DNA of 64,000 nucleotides from the NCBI RefSeq assembly GCF_032444005.1, contig NC_091287.1, positions 66,092,001 to 66,156,000 of the forward strand. The letters run 5' to 3'. Under the pieces are notes generated by a model. That model was given only the letters and a program-made list of their open reading frames with translations, had not been told where the DNA came from and did no database searches. The position numbers and the translations under genes are program-made. The DNA comes from Ranitomeya imitator (taxonomy: Eukaryota). Position 1 is the stretch's first letter. The number at the start of each line of letters is the position of its first letter. Below, one piece after another: positions 1-14,400 of the stretch.

Positions 1-776
1 CTCCCCCCCTTATACTTACCCGGCCTCCCGGTGTCCGTCCGGCCGTCTTCTCCCTGGGCGCCGCCATCTTGCAAAATGGCGGGCGCATGCGCAGTGCGCC
101 CGCCGAATCTGCCGGCCGGCAGATTCGTTTCAAAGTGCATTTTGATCACTGAGATATAACCTATCTCAGTGATCAAAATAAAAAAATAGTAAATGACACC
201 CCCCCCCCCCTTTGTCACCCCCATAGGTAGGGACAATAAAAAAATTAAGAATTTTTTTTTTTCCCACTAAGGTTAGAATAGGGGTAGGGTTAGGGGTAGG
301 GTTAGGGTTAGGGTATTTTCAGCCATTTTAACCCTAAAAAAACTTCCTAGAAAACACAGACTCTGCATAGAAAACTGCATAAAAAAAAGGATCAAAAAAC
401 GCACCAAAAAAGCACAAAAAAAGGACCAAAAAAAGGACCTGCGTTTTCTGCCAAGAGCTGCGGTTTCAGTCCTGAAAAAAAAAGGATGGAAATCAGGAAC
501 GTGTGAACATACTCTTAAAGCGGTTTTCCAGGCTTACGATATTTATTATGTATTTTAAGGATAAACCATCAATATCACGTTGGTATGGGGGGGGGGGGAA
601 CCCTCGGGAACCATCAATGACCAAACGATTTAAGCCCAGGTTGGATGTAACCAGTGAATAGAGCCGAAGTAGCACAGTTCTCTCCCACTGTGTAGTGGTT
701 ATCGCAGGATGAAGGGGCCCGGTGTCACACCCACCACAGATTGGATATTGAGGAGGATTGCTGTTCGATAACTTAA

Positions 777-1100
777 AAGAGTATTCTCATCTCCAAGATC
801 CTATCCCAATATTTAGTAGGTGAAATAATAACATAAGCAAATACCGCCAATAAGAAATGTAGTATAATTCTAATTATTCGCTATGTCGCTTACCCCCATG
901 TAGCCTGGGCATCCATGGTTACAGGCACTCATAGAACAGTTAGTGGTCATAACCATGGATACCTAAGCTACAGCAATACCCTGCACATGGGGTAAGTGAT
1001 ATAGTGAATCAGAAGAACTATATTACATTTCTAATTGGAGGCATTTTCTAAATATTATTATTATATATTGGGATAGGATCTTGGAGATGAGAATAGCCCT
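777..1100. mobile_element. TTAA-targeting palindromic MITE (second copy at 20803-21150)
   Basis: ATTCTCATCTCCAAGATCCTATCCCAATA / TATTGGGATAGGATCTTGGAGATGAGAAT arms; TTAA flanks. Confidence 0.75.
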
Positions 1101-3564
1101 TTAAGCTTGGAAAACCACTTCAGGCAAACTGTCTTCTTTGATGCATAGACTGCGAAGGGGGCTGGCACATAGCTACTGAAATCAAAGCACTTTTCTTCGT
1201 ACAAGTATAATACCAAATTGTAATTTTGCCATTTTAAACACATCTACGTTTTTTTTTGTTTTTTCATTTTGAACTGGACAATCCCTTTAAAGAAATGGGA
1301 ACAAAAATCATTTTAACAAGCGAGATCTGGTACATATTGGGCATCATAAAAAAAAACAGATGGGAAAGGACGGTGGACGTAATTAAATAAGGAAATTAAT
1401 ATTTAGATGAAGAAGAAAAAAAAACTCTTTCCAACCCTGAGCAGACAAGATAATGTGGCAAATGGCCTTTCCATTTTGAGAATATGCCTATTGAAGCAAA
1501 GGTAATGTATTAATCTAGAGGACAGATTTCTGCCCAGTGGCCTTAAGGAAGGATCTCTGTGGGGTTTCCTTTTGTCTGCAGCAAAATTTTCAGCAATAAT
1601 CATCGGTAATGGGACTTAGATTTGCCGAGGCGAGTGATTGATTATATTATTCTCCTTGAGATATAGGGTTCCAAGTCTTAGTAGATAAACTCTACACTCG
1701 ATTCTCCCAGCGTCGCTATCTCCCAATTTCTCCAGTTGTCCTATGGGGTTAAATATCTTTGGAAACATTCGGGTGATCAATCTAAAATGTGTGGAGAGCA
1801 GTGACATCCTGGAGAGGTGGGCACAATTAAATCACAATCCGTCTGCCAGGAGGGCTTTCCTACTCGCTGGCGCCTGTCACTCTCCCTTGCATTCAATTGG
1901 CCACTGATCTTTTCTTAAAACCACGCAGACCCCCAACTCGATGGCAGGTACAAAGTGCGGGGGGCATCTGTGCGCTTTTATGTTACAGATAAGTCTACAC
2001 AGAACCGATAAACGAAAATAGCATGGGAGACGTTCCACATATCGGGAAGAGGCAGCTCCGGATTGTATTATCTCATGACCCCCAGAGTAATAACATGCAG
2101 TACTCTGTGTCCAGATGGCGGATATCATTACAAAATAAGGGGGTATCCAATGGATGGGGGTCCTAATGTGAACAAGTAACAGCCTACACAATGATGCTCA
2201 GTTAAGGTTTTCATTCAGATCGTTCACGTGACCCTGAAATAAATGAGTGCGATGCCAATATATGGAATTTGTGTAAAAACTACATTACATTATAGCTTGT
2301 CATCATATAGCCATTCCTTATCCATCACACCCAACATACAGCTGCCATAACAGCCCATGGATGACCGATGCCAAGTACTACGATCTGACACCTATAAACT
2401 ACAGGTGCTTAATGCGAGCCTCATATATTGTGTCCATTAAAGCAGCTCTCTCACCAAAATGCGTATCCTCCGAATATATGGCAGTCGCCATATTATATAG
2501 CACTGTGCACTTACAACTGCTCATTTTGCTTTTCTACCCAGCTAATACTTCTCTTTTCCATTAGGTCAATGGCTTCACATGATTAAAAACTGACGAGCTG
2601 AATCCTTCTAAGCTCTACGTAGAAACAGGAGGTCAATTCTCCCAGTATGACTCATGATTCACTGCAAAAGTCTCTGTCAGGGGGAGGAGGAGCAGCTGGG
2701 TCAGGAGTTGGAAGAGGGGAATGATAAACGCAGGGACAAGAGACTTCCTGTTTCTACATAAAGCAGAAAAAAAAGAGAAGAATTAACTGGGTAGAATGGG
2801 AAAATGAGCTATTGTAAGTTCTCGGTGCTATATAATATCATGATTGCGATATATTAGGATAAAATCTTTGATGGGAAGTGTGCTTCTTTAATCAAGCTAT
2901 AATAGCCTACTGGTGATAAATTCCACTGCTGTCACCGGTCACAGCCTCTGTGGAAAGTATCTTGAGAGGCAATTTAAGGGGTTGTACCCATAAAAAAAAA
3001 AAGAAACTGGGTTTTACTCACTCCTCCCAAGGACCACCGCTGACTGTGCTGCAGTCTCCATTACTTGGTTGTAGCAGTGACAACGCTGCAGCCAATCACT
3101 GACCTCTATAGAGCTTAGTGGCTTGTGCGGTCTACATGTGCAGAGCCGCTGAAGCTCAGTGATCGTTACTTGGCTACAATGGTGACGTCATGTTGACATT
3201 TGCTGCAGCCAGCGACCGGGCTGTGGCGGAGACTCGTACTAGATCTGGGGAGGGCGAGTAATAACAGTTTTGCTTGTTTGTTTTTTTTTTTTTTTTTTTT
3301 TAACAATGGACAGAACATATCAGGAAACCTTTCCTGATAGGTGACAATCCTTTTGAAGCAATTTGATCACTGCATTCCAATTCCCTTGCCGATACCTCCC
3401 TGATCCTGTAATGACCTCTGGTTATCAGACGTGATGTGACACAGGTGGAATACTCCAGTAAGGGACCACACGCCTGGCTGCTTTTGGGATCCTAAATACA
3501 CAGGTAATACCATCTCATGGAATACGCTCAGCAAAGAGGAGTCAGGTGGCACATACTGTCACAT

Positions 3565-3685
3565 TGCCCTGCTGTACCGCCACACCGCCCTGCTATACCG
3601 TTACATTGCCCTGCTGTACCGCCACGCCGCCCTGCTGTACCGCCACGCCGCCCTGCTGTACCGCCACGCCGCCCTGCTGTACATA
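3565..3685. repeat. 21-bp tandem repeat (~5 units)
   Basis: CCCTGCTGTACCGCCACGCCG repeated. Confidence 0.85.
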
Positions 3686-4806
3686 TACAGGAAGGCAGCA
3701 CAATACATTATACGACACATAAGACTGGACAAAATAAGGTTCTGTATCGCACCCTTCTAGTTGTGCGCTTCCTGTGTAAGCATTAGCCCACTCATAAACC
3801 GTAGCATCATAGTATGGGAGCCACGAAGCACGTGTGCCAGCCAATGTCTTTCTTACAGCATGGCGGCTCAGTAATCTATGTAACCGTTACATTACAGGAT
3901 AAAGACACACAAACATTTCACATGTACACATCATATGACACGTCCCACTAAAGAGGGTAATAAACCAGCTACAAATCAGGCCAAGATTACCACCTTGATA
4001 GTATAAAACATGCACCAGATCTCTGTAACATCCAAAGCAACCGATGTATACTTTCCCTCCGGCCATAGCTCGGACCTGGGAAGACTGTACTCTTCGCTTC
4101 ATATGTGTTTAAGGGAAGACCAAGACTAGAGGTTGAATTACACTTGTATGTGTAAATGACTATAGATGATCATGGCTGTCAGAATGGACATGTCCATCTT
4201 GCTGCCTGTATATAGAGATCTAAATATTAGTGCACAAGAGAAGAGAGGTCCACTAGGGTGCTAAAGGGTTATTCCCGGAATCTAAAATGTATACCCCTTT
4301 CCAAAGTGTAGAATCTAGCTTACTGAACAGAGAGGAGGCCGATCATGTGCGCCTCTGCTTCTTCCCTGGCTCTCAGTGATGGAGAAAGCCAAGCATTTTT
4401 CTGTGCCAGTCCCATAGACAATGACTGGAGAGCAGGCCGAGCATGTGCACCTCTGCTGCATTCAGGATGGGGCTTCTCAGGACCCAGAGCCTGTCCTCGG
4501 GATCACTATGCAACTTTAAAATTTAACTTTTTACGACATAAGGTTTATTATTAATTAGAAAAAAAATCTCCCCCCACCCCAGTAAGCAACAAAAGCAATG
4601 TTCCCATGTCCACACACTCCATGAATATCCTCAGAAGGTCGAGCATGTTAGATTTCAGCATGCCTGGATCCTTTTGTGCTTGTGGCAGGTAAGCCAATGC
4701 AAGACAAGTGCCTCGGGGTGCAGCCAGCCGTATTCTTCCAACATTACCGAATACTAAATGAAACAAAATTATTCTGAATAAAAAGAACTAATTTTTTTGG
4801 ACTTAC

Positions 4807-5439
4807 CGGACCAGATAACTTAATAACACGGACTTTTGTGGCTAAATGCGCTTGCTCGCTGCTGCCGGACCTCTGCATGACAGTTCTCTTGGCCCCTACG
4901 AGTCTTTGTTCCTGCGTTTTCGCCTGAACGGAGGCGACTTTCATAATCGGTTGTTGCCCAAATGGGGCAGCGGACCCGGCGGGGCGCAGCGGCTGCACTT
5001 TTGCTGCCGGGCTCTCTCCTGCTACCCTATTTTGTACAATCTGCTTAACCACTTTCTTCTGCATGCCCTGCATTGGTGCACTGGCTCCCGCCGTCTGCAG
5101 CAGCGGGATTTTCTGCGGCGTCAGCACGGACAATGTCTCTGGCCTCTTTGATACCAGTCTATTTTTCACATTTGGCCGGGCCTGCTCGGTCACGTGAGTC
5201 ATGATTGGACTACTGTCATTTTCCACCTTTGCTGTGGGTTTATCGGCCTCTACTGGAGCCTGCGGCGCCGCGTTGGCCGTTTGCTGCTGCTGTGATAGCC
5301 TTTCAAGCAGCTCTTTTTTCCTGGCGCCTGCCTGCTGCTGCCGGCGTAGCTCCTTCTGCTTTAAAATCTCTTCTCTTAGGCGCTTCTGCTCTTCGATCTT
5401 TAGGCGGTATTTTCTAGTCTCTTCATCTTCGTCGGGAAA
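4807..5439 (-). CDS. RBM33: RBM33 exon, 633 nt, charged coiled-coil region
   Basis: ctttgcag|TTTCCC...GGTCCG|gtaagt; [33 protein letters not shown]...[10 protein letters not shown]. Confidence 0.96.
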
Positions 5440-8400
5440 CTGCAAAGAAAGAAGGAAAAAAAAAATCTCCATGAAATACAACAATCGCGGACGATTTCTT
5501 GCACTCCTGGTTGTGCCGGCGTCCTCTTTCGGCACACAATCGGGCAGCCATTGGCAGTTTAAGCACGCACAGAAATTGTGTGCCGCTCTATAAATACAGG
5601 ATGAAACAAGTATGGCGACACCCGAGCGGCCTTCTGTCAGATCGCTTTATCTCCTTCCCTCCTGACAAACTAACAAAGGTAGTGAGGTAAATGACCTGAA
5701 AAGGTTTCATTAGAACTATTGATTTTTTTCTTACAGAATTTTAAGGCATGATCTCCAACTCATTTGTCACACAATAATTGCTTGTAATGAACAGCACAAG
5801 TCGGGAGGCTGACCTTGAACTCGTGCACCCTTCTCCAGAATCAAAATCATGTCAATTGCAAAGCCGGAATATTAATGGTCTACAACAAAGACTTATTATT
5901 CTGCCTTCGTGGCTTCTGTGGATGGAAATAATAAGCATCAAATAACCTTTGCTCGGTCCGTGCACTCTAATAAGAAACCAAATGCACGGTCCTGGCTTGC
6001 AGCCTATTAGAGGACAAGTGGACAGGGCGGCTTACTATAGAATGGCGGATTCACCAAGGGACACAAGGTCCTTATGGAAAATCTCTAAGGAATAGCAGAT
6101 AAAGCATGGGCCTGGACTATGACAAGCAGAAGGTAATGGACAGTGCGGTAATTAAATATCCGACATGTCAGAAACAACAACCTGTCATTGTGAGAGCTCT
6201 AAATTAGGGCAGGTATGACAAGCCCTGTGCATTGCGTATGGTGCCTGCAAAAATGCACTGCAAAGGGTGACCCCGGTACGGACCACCGCAGGATAGACTG
6301 GCATGCCTCCGCTATCAATGGTCAGCTTACTCTGCGGATATTGTTTGCATTATGGTCTCAAAAGTCCATGCACAAAGCTGGTAATGTGAAAATCAGCGGA
6401 CTTCCTGCACTGTGCTATGTACTCGCTACGTGGGAAGGTTCGCCATCCAAGGGGGCGCTGTACCAGCCATTAAACTGCTTTAATTGCCTTTATTAGTCAT
6501 CACCTGTCAGCCAAGTTTTTCTTTTAGCAAGTTAAAAATAACATTTTTTTTAGAAATTGCATAAAAACTGCAAAAAAAATAATGCAAAACAGTAAAAGAG
6601 GACATCCATGATGCACGGGTCTCGTTCACACAGTGCACCAAGGTGCAGTTTATGATGATGATTTTTATTATAAAACTGCATCAAAATCGCTCTAAGGGGC
6701 TTCAACAACTTGTTGGTCTGGTGAAGTGTCACATGACACACCATCGTTATGTCACTTAGGAGATAAGTAACCATAGTTCTTATTTTTCCCTGATGCCCTG
6801 AACTGATTAAATAGGTGTTGTCTAGTAGGGGGATAAACCCTCGCTGTCTTGGAGACCGACAACCTCTGCTGTTTAGCTTGTAAACACTGCGCTGAAGCTA
6901 GCCGGAATTAGGAGGTAATACCGCACCCCAGTGATCCTGATCATGTTCAAAGCAGTGCTTTCAAGCTCAATAGAATAGAGCTTGTAAGCACTGGGCACGG
7001 TCTGCTTTCTAGCAGTGGTGGCCGTTCTCCAAGGCAACAAGCTGAAAGAAAAGTGTTCATATCTAAATCTCAAAATGTTAATAAAAAGTCAAATTGCAAC
7101 TATTTACAATGATTTAACACCAGAAAAAAAAGGCAGAGAGGCTTATCAGGGTGCAGCGAACCCGATTAAAGATGAAGAATTTATGGAGGATTTCTAAGTT
7201 CTCATTTTGTGTCGGTGAGCTCTTTTTTGATGTTTAGTGATAGGACTGGCAAACCAGGGAACCCTTGACGTGGGTTGCGAGCTTCCATATTATTTTTTAA
7301 TATCTTTTGTGCACTAATATACCAAACAGCCACCCCCTCCATGGATTGGTAGGTTGAGAGTGGCTGTTTCATCGGTATTGCTGCACCCATGTTGCTGCAC
7401 CCGTGTTGCTGTCAGGTTTAATTGTGTCCGTTGCACCCTTAGGCTGTGTGCACACGTTGCGTTTTTTCACTATAAAAACGCGATAAAAACGCATAAAAAA
7501 TGCATACATATGCATCCTCATTTAGAATGCATTCTGCAATTTTTGTGCACATGCAGCATATTCATAAATTTTTGCGTTTTTTTCGCATTTTCCTGCTATA
7601 TAATGCATTGGGAAAGCACCGGAAAAACGCGGTAAAAATGCAAAAAAAAACGCATGCGGTTTTGTTGCAGAAAATGTCCGGTTTTCTTCAGGAATTTTCT
7701 GCAAGAAATTCTTACGTGTGCACATACCCTTACAGTGCATTTGTTTGGAGGCCTGGGCAGGCAAGCATCTCTGCCTTTATTCTGGTGCTTTTTGAAAAAT
7801 ATTTGGAGGATTTCTAAGTCCTCTTTTTGTGTCAGCGAGCTATTTACAATCATTATCTGAAAATATCTATTTACGTGCATAACCCTTCAACTCTCATCCT
7901 CTCCCCACTATCACCTTTATTTTAGAGGCGTTTTTTGCACCGCTCAGGCTGGTTTCACATTTGCGTTTTTTGCCGCTGCGTTTTAGCGCAAAAACGCATG
8001 CGTTTTTTCCTATACTTAACATTAAAAACGCATGTGTTTTTTTGCATGCGTTTTGCCACCGCATGCGTCTTTTGTATGCATGCGTTGTGTTGCAGAAATG
8101 CAACATATAATTTTTAGCGGCGTTTTTTTGCCTTGGGTTAGGATCCCTTAGGGTTAGGGGTAGGGTTAGGATCCCTTAGGGTTAGGGGTAGGGTTAGGAT
8201 CCCTTAGGGTTAGGGGTAGGGTTAGGATCCCTTAGGGTTAGGATCCCTAGGGTTACTAGGGATCCTAACCCTAGCTATTTCTGTTTATAGTGGGTTTTCT
8301 TGTTGATTTTGATGATTGGCAGCTGTCACACACTTCTCATCATGTGTTTAAAAAACGCAAACGCATGAAAAAACGCATGTAAACGCGTCAAAACGCCGCG

Positions 8401-11400
8401 TTTGTAATAAAACATGCAAAAACGCATGCATCTAAAAAAAGCGGCGTTTTAGCGTGTTTACATGCGTTTTTTTCACCACATGCGTTTGCGTTTAAAACGC
8501 TGCGTTTTTAAACGCAAATGTGAAACCAGCCTAACAAGTGTTGTATGGAATTTAAATCACCCGCTGTTGCCTTGTGGATTAACCAGCAGGCGGCATTACA
8601 CAAAGACCAATATTAAAAAAAAAAGAAATAATAAGAGAAGCTCATCGTTTCCAGTGTACCAATGAGATCACTTATGTCCTTGTCAAACAAGCTCTGAAAG
8701 TATAGCAGCTGCAATATTATGGGCAGCACTACACAGCTTATCTGCACTACGCTTCTTGTTGTAGACTAATTGTACTTATTACCGTGGTAAAAAGTTAGTT
8801 GTTACAAATTCTCTGAATTCACTGCAAAAAGAGTGTCAGCCTTCGGCCCACTGTATTACATAATGGGTTTGCAGCAGCAAACTGTGTCAAGTGGATACCG
8901 CAACAGAGAGGGGCCAGAAGTTCGCAACGTCTGATTACACCAACCTCAGCATGTATTAGATCTGCTTAACCTTCCTTTTAGCAATCAAGGATTTCATCCC
9001 GAATCGTCTCAGCTGTTCTGTGTTGGCCACTCCTCTCAGGTATATATGCTCAGCTTTTCCACTAGGGAATTGCTGGTGATAGTTTACAACTTCCTAGTTT
9101 AGTGTTGAAGGAGTAGTCAGAATTCGTAGCAGTCGATAGGTGTAAAGGTACCTTCACACATAACGATATCGTTAACGATATCGTTGCTTTTTGTGACGTA
9201 GCAACGATATCGTTAAGGAAATCGTTATGTGTGACAGCGACCAACGATCAGGCCCCTGCTGGGAGATCGTTGGTCGCAGAGGAAAGTCCAGAACTTTATT
9301 TCGTCGCTGGACTTCCCGCTGACATCGCTGAGTCGGCGTGTGTGACGCCGATCCAGCGATGTCTTCACTGGTAACCAGGGTAAACATCGGGTTACTAAGC
9401 GCAGGGCCGCGCTTAGTAACCCGATGTTTACCCTGGTTACCAGCGTAAATGTTAAAAAAAACAAACACTACATACTTACCTTCAGCGGCCTTGCGCTTAG
9501 TAACCCGATGTTTACCCTGGTTAACAGGGACCTCGGGATCGTTGGTCGCTGGAGAGCTGTCTGTGTGACAGCTCTCCAGCGACCAAACAACGACGCTGCA
9601 GCGATCGACATCGTTGTCGGTATCGCTGCAGCGTCGCTTAGTGTGACGGTACCTTTACTTTACAGGAGATACCTGCGTGGATTTGGTATTGTGCTTATCT
9701 TAATCCTTTTCCAATTTGGTTTGTCCCTCCTACGGTTCCCTTGATTTCCACTCAGTTGTTTTGTGAGTGTATTACCCTATACACTCTTGTCCCCACACAT
9801 CCCTGGATTGTGGAGGAAACAAATGAAAATGCATATAGGAGCACAGCGAGGTACGAGACTCTGGAATCTCTACCTTTAGGGGTAATCTGGGGAACAAGGA
9901 TAGCCTAAGGTCCTAATAGCTATAGGGACTGGGAAGGAGCCCATTGCCCCGGTAAATTCTGCTGCAATATCATGACACTTCGTTTCAGCAGAAGCAGCTT
10001 ATCCCCTAAATAAAAACATAATATCTTCCTGCTTATGGAAAAGTTTCAATCCTGTCTGAAAATCGCTCCAGTCCAAATATTTTGTGGAACAGAAGAGACA
10101 TGCTCTCTTTTTAGGGCACATGCCTTTGGAGGAGATTTTACCTTCCTCTGGATCACTAGTTCTGAAGTTTACCCCCACTTAACCCAACCAACTGGACTCA
10201 TCTTACTTTCACCCTACTGACTAATATATATAACATTACTAACCTGCTCTTCAATCTTCGGTTCTTGCTTAACGAGGTTAGTCGTGCTCAGAGATTTTGC
10301 AGCTTGTGCAATGACGGGAGTTTCTGGCTTTGCTTGTGGTGTTGCGGTTCCAAGAGGTTTAACTTGTGCTGATCGTCTCCGGTTAATTTCTGCAGCCGAG
10401 TTGGAGGGCGCAATAGGCAACTCCCTTAAATTGCTATTCCTCTGATGCGCCGTTTGTGGGTTATGAATCTTTGTCATATTCTGACCTGGTGTATTCTGTG
10501 AAAGAAAAAAAAATTAAACATTAAATTCCTTCTGGAACAGAAAGAGCAATGACAAAGACTGTTTCTATTGCCATATTACCTGTCTGGGCTTTAGAGGCCC
10601 ATGTCGTTGCTGTCCTGGCATTCTATGGGTAGGAGTCTGGGGTGTCTGTGCTCTAAATGGAGGTGGCTGTTGGGTGGACATCGGCGGCTTTGGTGGCACC
10701 CCATGGTGGTGATGTTGATGTAGTGGCTGTATTGGAGGCTGCGCTTGGACCTATACAAAGGTGCGGTACAAGCATAGTCAGAACTCAGAAACCAGCTTCA
10801 AATGAACAACAAGAAACCACAAGAAAGTGGACAAAACATTTTTGAAAATGTGAAAAACCAAAGTGCTAGAAATTCCAGGGGTCTGACATTTTATTTTTTA
10901 AGTTTAGCAGTTGCATTGGGAGCTTGATTTTGTGGAACTCCCTAATAAATTAGACAGATCCACCTCTTTCCTCACAAAAAGGCCGAGCATCTAAGCCAGA
11001 TCGGCCCATTTGCTTCCTACAATTGAAAAACAGATTGTTAGGCTTTATTCACACATCAGTATTTTATGCCAAAACTAGGAGTGTCTCCAAAACTCAGGTC
11101 AGGTGTCAATCATAGTTTTTCTCTGACCAAACACAGATGTATGAATAAGCCTTTACGTGCCACGTTTTTTACCTGGAGGATAGTGATGGACAGGTCTGAT
11201 CGCATGCTCTGTCTGTGGATAAGAAGGTATAACGTGGCACAACATTTTTTTTTGCTGGTGCTCAAGTAGGGTCCCAGACCTTAATAAGTTGAATGAAGCC
11301 TTGGCACACAAGCGAATATTAAGTGAATTATTTTTAATGTTCATCCAAAACTCAGTACAACAATGTAAACGTTAGGACTAAGGGTGTATACCTCGTCCGA

Positions 11401-14400
11401 CGAGAGCAAGCATACACAAACACATACGGCAAACCGACCAAGGAAAAGACCAATTTTATAGCGCCCATTATACAGTCTATTTATCAGCCCCGGGATGCGA
11501 ACAGGTCCATACCTATTCTACCCATAGGATATGAGCAGTCGGTACACTGAGGAAGGTCAGAGTAATATGACCAAAATGTTTACATTGTTGTACTGAGTTT
11601 TGGATGAACAATAAGCCTGTGTGCACATGTTGCTGATTTTTGACGTTTTTTGTCCGCGTTTTATCGCGATAAAAACGCTATAAAACCACAAAAAAACAGC
11701 ATACAATATGCATCCCATCATTTAGAATGAATTCCGCATGTTTTGTGCACATGATGCGTTTTTTTTCCGCCAAAAAAAAACACATTGCGGTAAAAAAAAC
11801 GCAGCATGTTCATTAATTTTGCGGTTTTTTTTGCGGATTTCCCACTATAAAATGCATTGGGAAATGTCCGGAAAAAAAACGCATCAAAAACGCGCAAAAA
11901 ACTCATGCAGATTTCTTGCAAAAAATTTCAGGTTTTTCTCAGGAATTTTCTGCAAGAAATCCTGAACATCTGCACATAGCCTGACAATAATTCACTTAAA
12001 GGGAACCTGTCACCCCGAAAATCGCAGGTGAGGTAAGCCCACCGGCATCAGGGGCTTATCTGCAGCATTCTGTAATGCTGTAGATAAGCCCCCGATGTTA
12101 CCTGAAAGAGGAGAAAAAGACATTATATTATACTCACCCAGGGGCGGTCCCGCTGCTGGTCAGGTCAGATGGGCGTCTCCGGTCCGCTGCGGCGCCTCCT
12201 ATCTTCATTACAAGACGTCCTCTTCTGATCTTCAGCCATAGCTCCGGCGCAGGCGTACTTTGCTCTGCCCTGTTGAGGGCAGACAAAGAACTGCAGTGCG
12301 CAGGCGCCGGGCCTCTGACCTTTCCGGCGCCTGCGCACTGCAGTACTATCCTCTGCCCTCAAGAGGGCAGAGCAAAGTACGCCTGCGCCGGAGCCGTGGC
12401 TGAAGATCAGAAGAGGACGTCTTGTAATGAAGATGGGAGGCGCCGCAGCGGACCAGAGACGCCCATCTGACCTGACCAGCAGCGGGACCGCCCCTGGGTG
12501 AGTATAATCTAACGTCTTTTTCTCCTTTTTCAGGTAACATCGGGGGCTTATCTACAGCATCACAGAATGCTGCAGATAAGCCCCTGATGCTGGTGGGCTT
12601 ACCTCACCCGCGATTTTCGGGGTGACAGGTTCCCTTTAATATTTGCTTGTGTGCCAAGGCTTCAATCAACTGTCTGTGGATAAGGCTGCAGTGACAAGTG
12701 CAGGATGAGACTAATATGTGCATTACCAGGCAAATGTTTGGACACACCTGTTCATAAAATAGTTTTCCTTATTCTTATTGGCATGTGCACATTGTAGATT
12801 CAGAGTGAAGGCAGCAAACAGCAAAACCATAAAAGATCACATATGGAAACAGGGAGTAATGAAGCACATGTTGCACAAACCAGATTATCTATTAAACCTC
12901 AGATTTCCTCAGACGTCCCCTTTTACACGGACAACAGCTTTGCACCCTTCGGCCATTCTCCCTCAAGCAGCTCCACCATGTAGTTACCTGAAATGGCTTC
13001 AAATGGGCAGGAATGTCTCATCAAGAGATCATTTGTGGAACCAATGGCCTTCAGAAAGTGTTTGTGACCATCAGATGTGTTTTGCAGAGGCAGTGCTTAT
13101 ACACAGCTCCATATAGTGTGGAGCCATTTCCCAAATTTGCTCTAAACCAGAATATGGCAAGAAAAAAAGTCAACTAAGAAAAGTGACAGCCCATCAATAC
13201 TTAAAGACATGAAGGTCGGTCAAATCAGACATTTACTGAACTATGAAGGTATCTTCAAGTACAGCCATGAAAACCATCAATCGCCATGATGCAACTGGCG
13301 CTGATAAGGGTCGCCCTTGGAAAGGAAGTCCAAGAGGTAACGTCTGCTGCAGAGGATAAGCTCAGACTCAAACTGCAAACTGACAGCAAGTGATGCCCAA
13401 ACATCAAGTAGCAGACACATCTCAACATCAACTACGCAGAGGAGACTTCGAGGAGCCGACCTTTATGGTCAAATTGCTGTAAAGAAGACACTACTGAGGA
13501 CTGTAAATAAGAAGAGACATGTTTGGGAAAAGCAACACTAGTACTGGACATTAGATCAGTGGAAATCTGTACTGAGGTCGGAGGAGTCAAAGATTGAGAT
13601 TTTTGGGAACAACTGCCCGGTCAGGCCATTATGAGATGTAGAAAAGGTGAGTGGGTGTTTTTCACACAGTTGGTGCCCACCATGGAGCATAGAGACCGAG
13701 GTGGTGTTGGGGTGGTTTTATAGTGCTACTGTTGAATGATTTATTGCAAATTTAAAGGAATCCTTCAGTCTGAATCAACAATGTTTATATTCCAGTAAGA
13801 AAAAGGGAAACCCATTGTATAAACTGGTACAGAATATATTAGTGTCACAAAATCATGTCACCAACACATTAAAATAAAGTTAAAATAGCCAACCCCTTTA
13901 GGCCTCATTCAGACATCTGTGAGTCACGTAGGTGTTCTGCATTTGATCAGAGTCATGGATCAACATTACCAAAAGAAGTCTATGGGTACGAGAAAATCAC
14001 TGACTGCACGAGTAAACAATCCGTGTGCTGTCCCACGATTAACATTGTAATGGATAATGGAATTTATTTTTTACATCAGATAAAATCACTGGTGAAATCC
14101 TGATGGTAAAAACGGACACACTTATGCAAGAGAAAGATCATGGACATCTAAATCCGGCCTTACAGGGGCTGTACCCTTTCAGAAATCTTGTCTCTTGATG
14201 CAGAGTTCGTTGTAAACAAAAACAAAAAAAACCTTCAAAACTCAGTTTTCCTTTCCCTTCCAGGGTCCGGCACTGTGCTTCCAGCACTGACCTTGTCTCT
14301 GGTATTTGACTACAGCAATGACGGTACGTGCAGTCCATCATTGAGCTCAGCAGCACGGCTCGTGTAGATGGCATGACCGGCTGAGCTCAGCAATTGGTTG

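Noticed and set aside
260-312. True telomere or chromosome end
   Set aside because: The short degenerate TTAGGG run is embedded in a MITE within a gene.
1400-2600. Possible ancient L1/Tx1 LINE remnant on the minus strand
   Set aside because: Only vague peptide resemblance and no diagnostic motif that I could confirm; left unannotated pending RepeatMasker.
2589-2630. CTGACGAG...GAAAC pattern
   Set aside because: Stem II cannot close next to GAAA and there is no cleavage triplet or stem I; it is part of a MITE-like sequence.
1-4800. Further RBM33 3' exons (RRM-encoding)
   Set aside because: I found no matching peptide with splice sites; they probably lie outside the window, though a short divergent exon could have been missed.
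4846-5593. Plus-strand ORFs of 101 and 130 aa
   Set aside because: Antisense to the RBM33 coiled-coil exon; no independent evidence.
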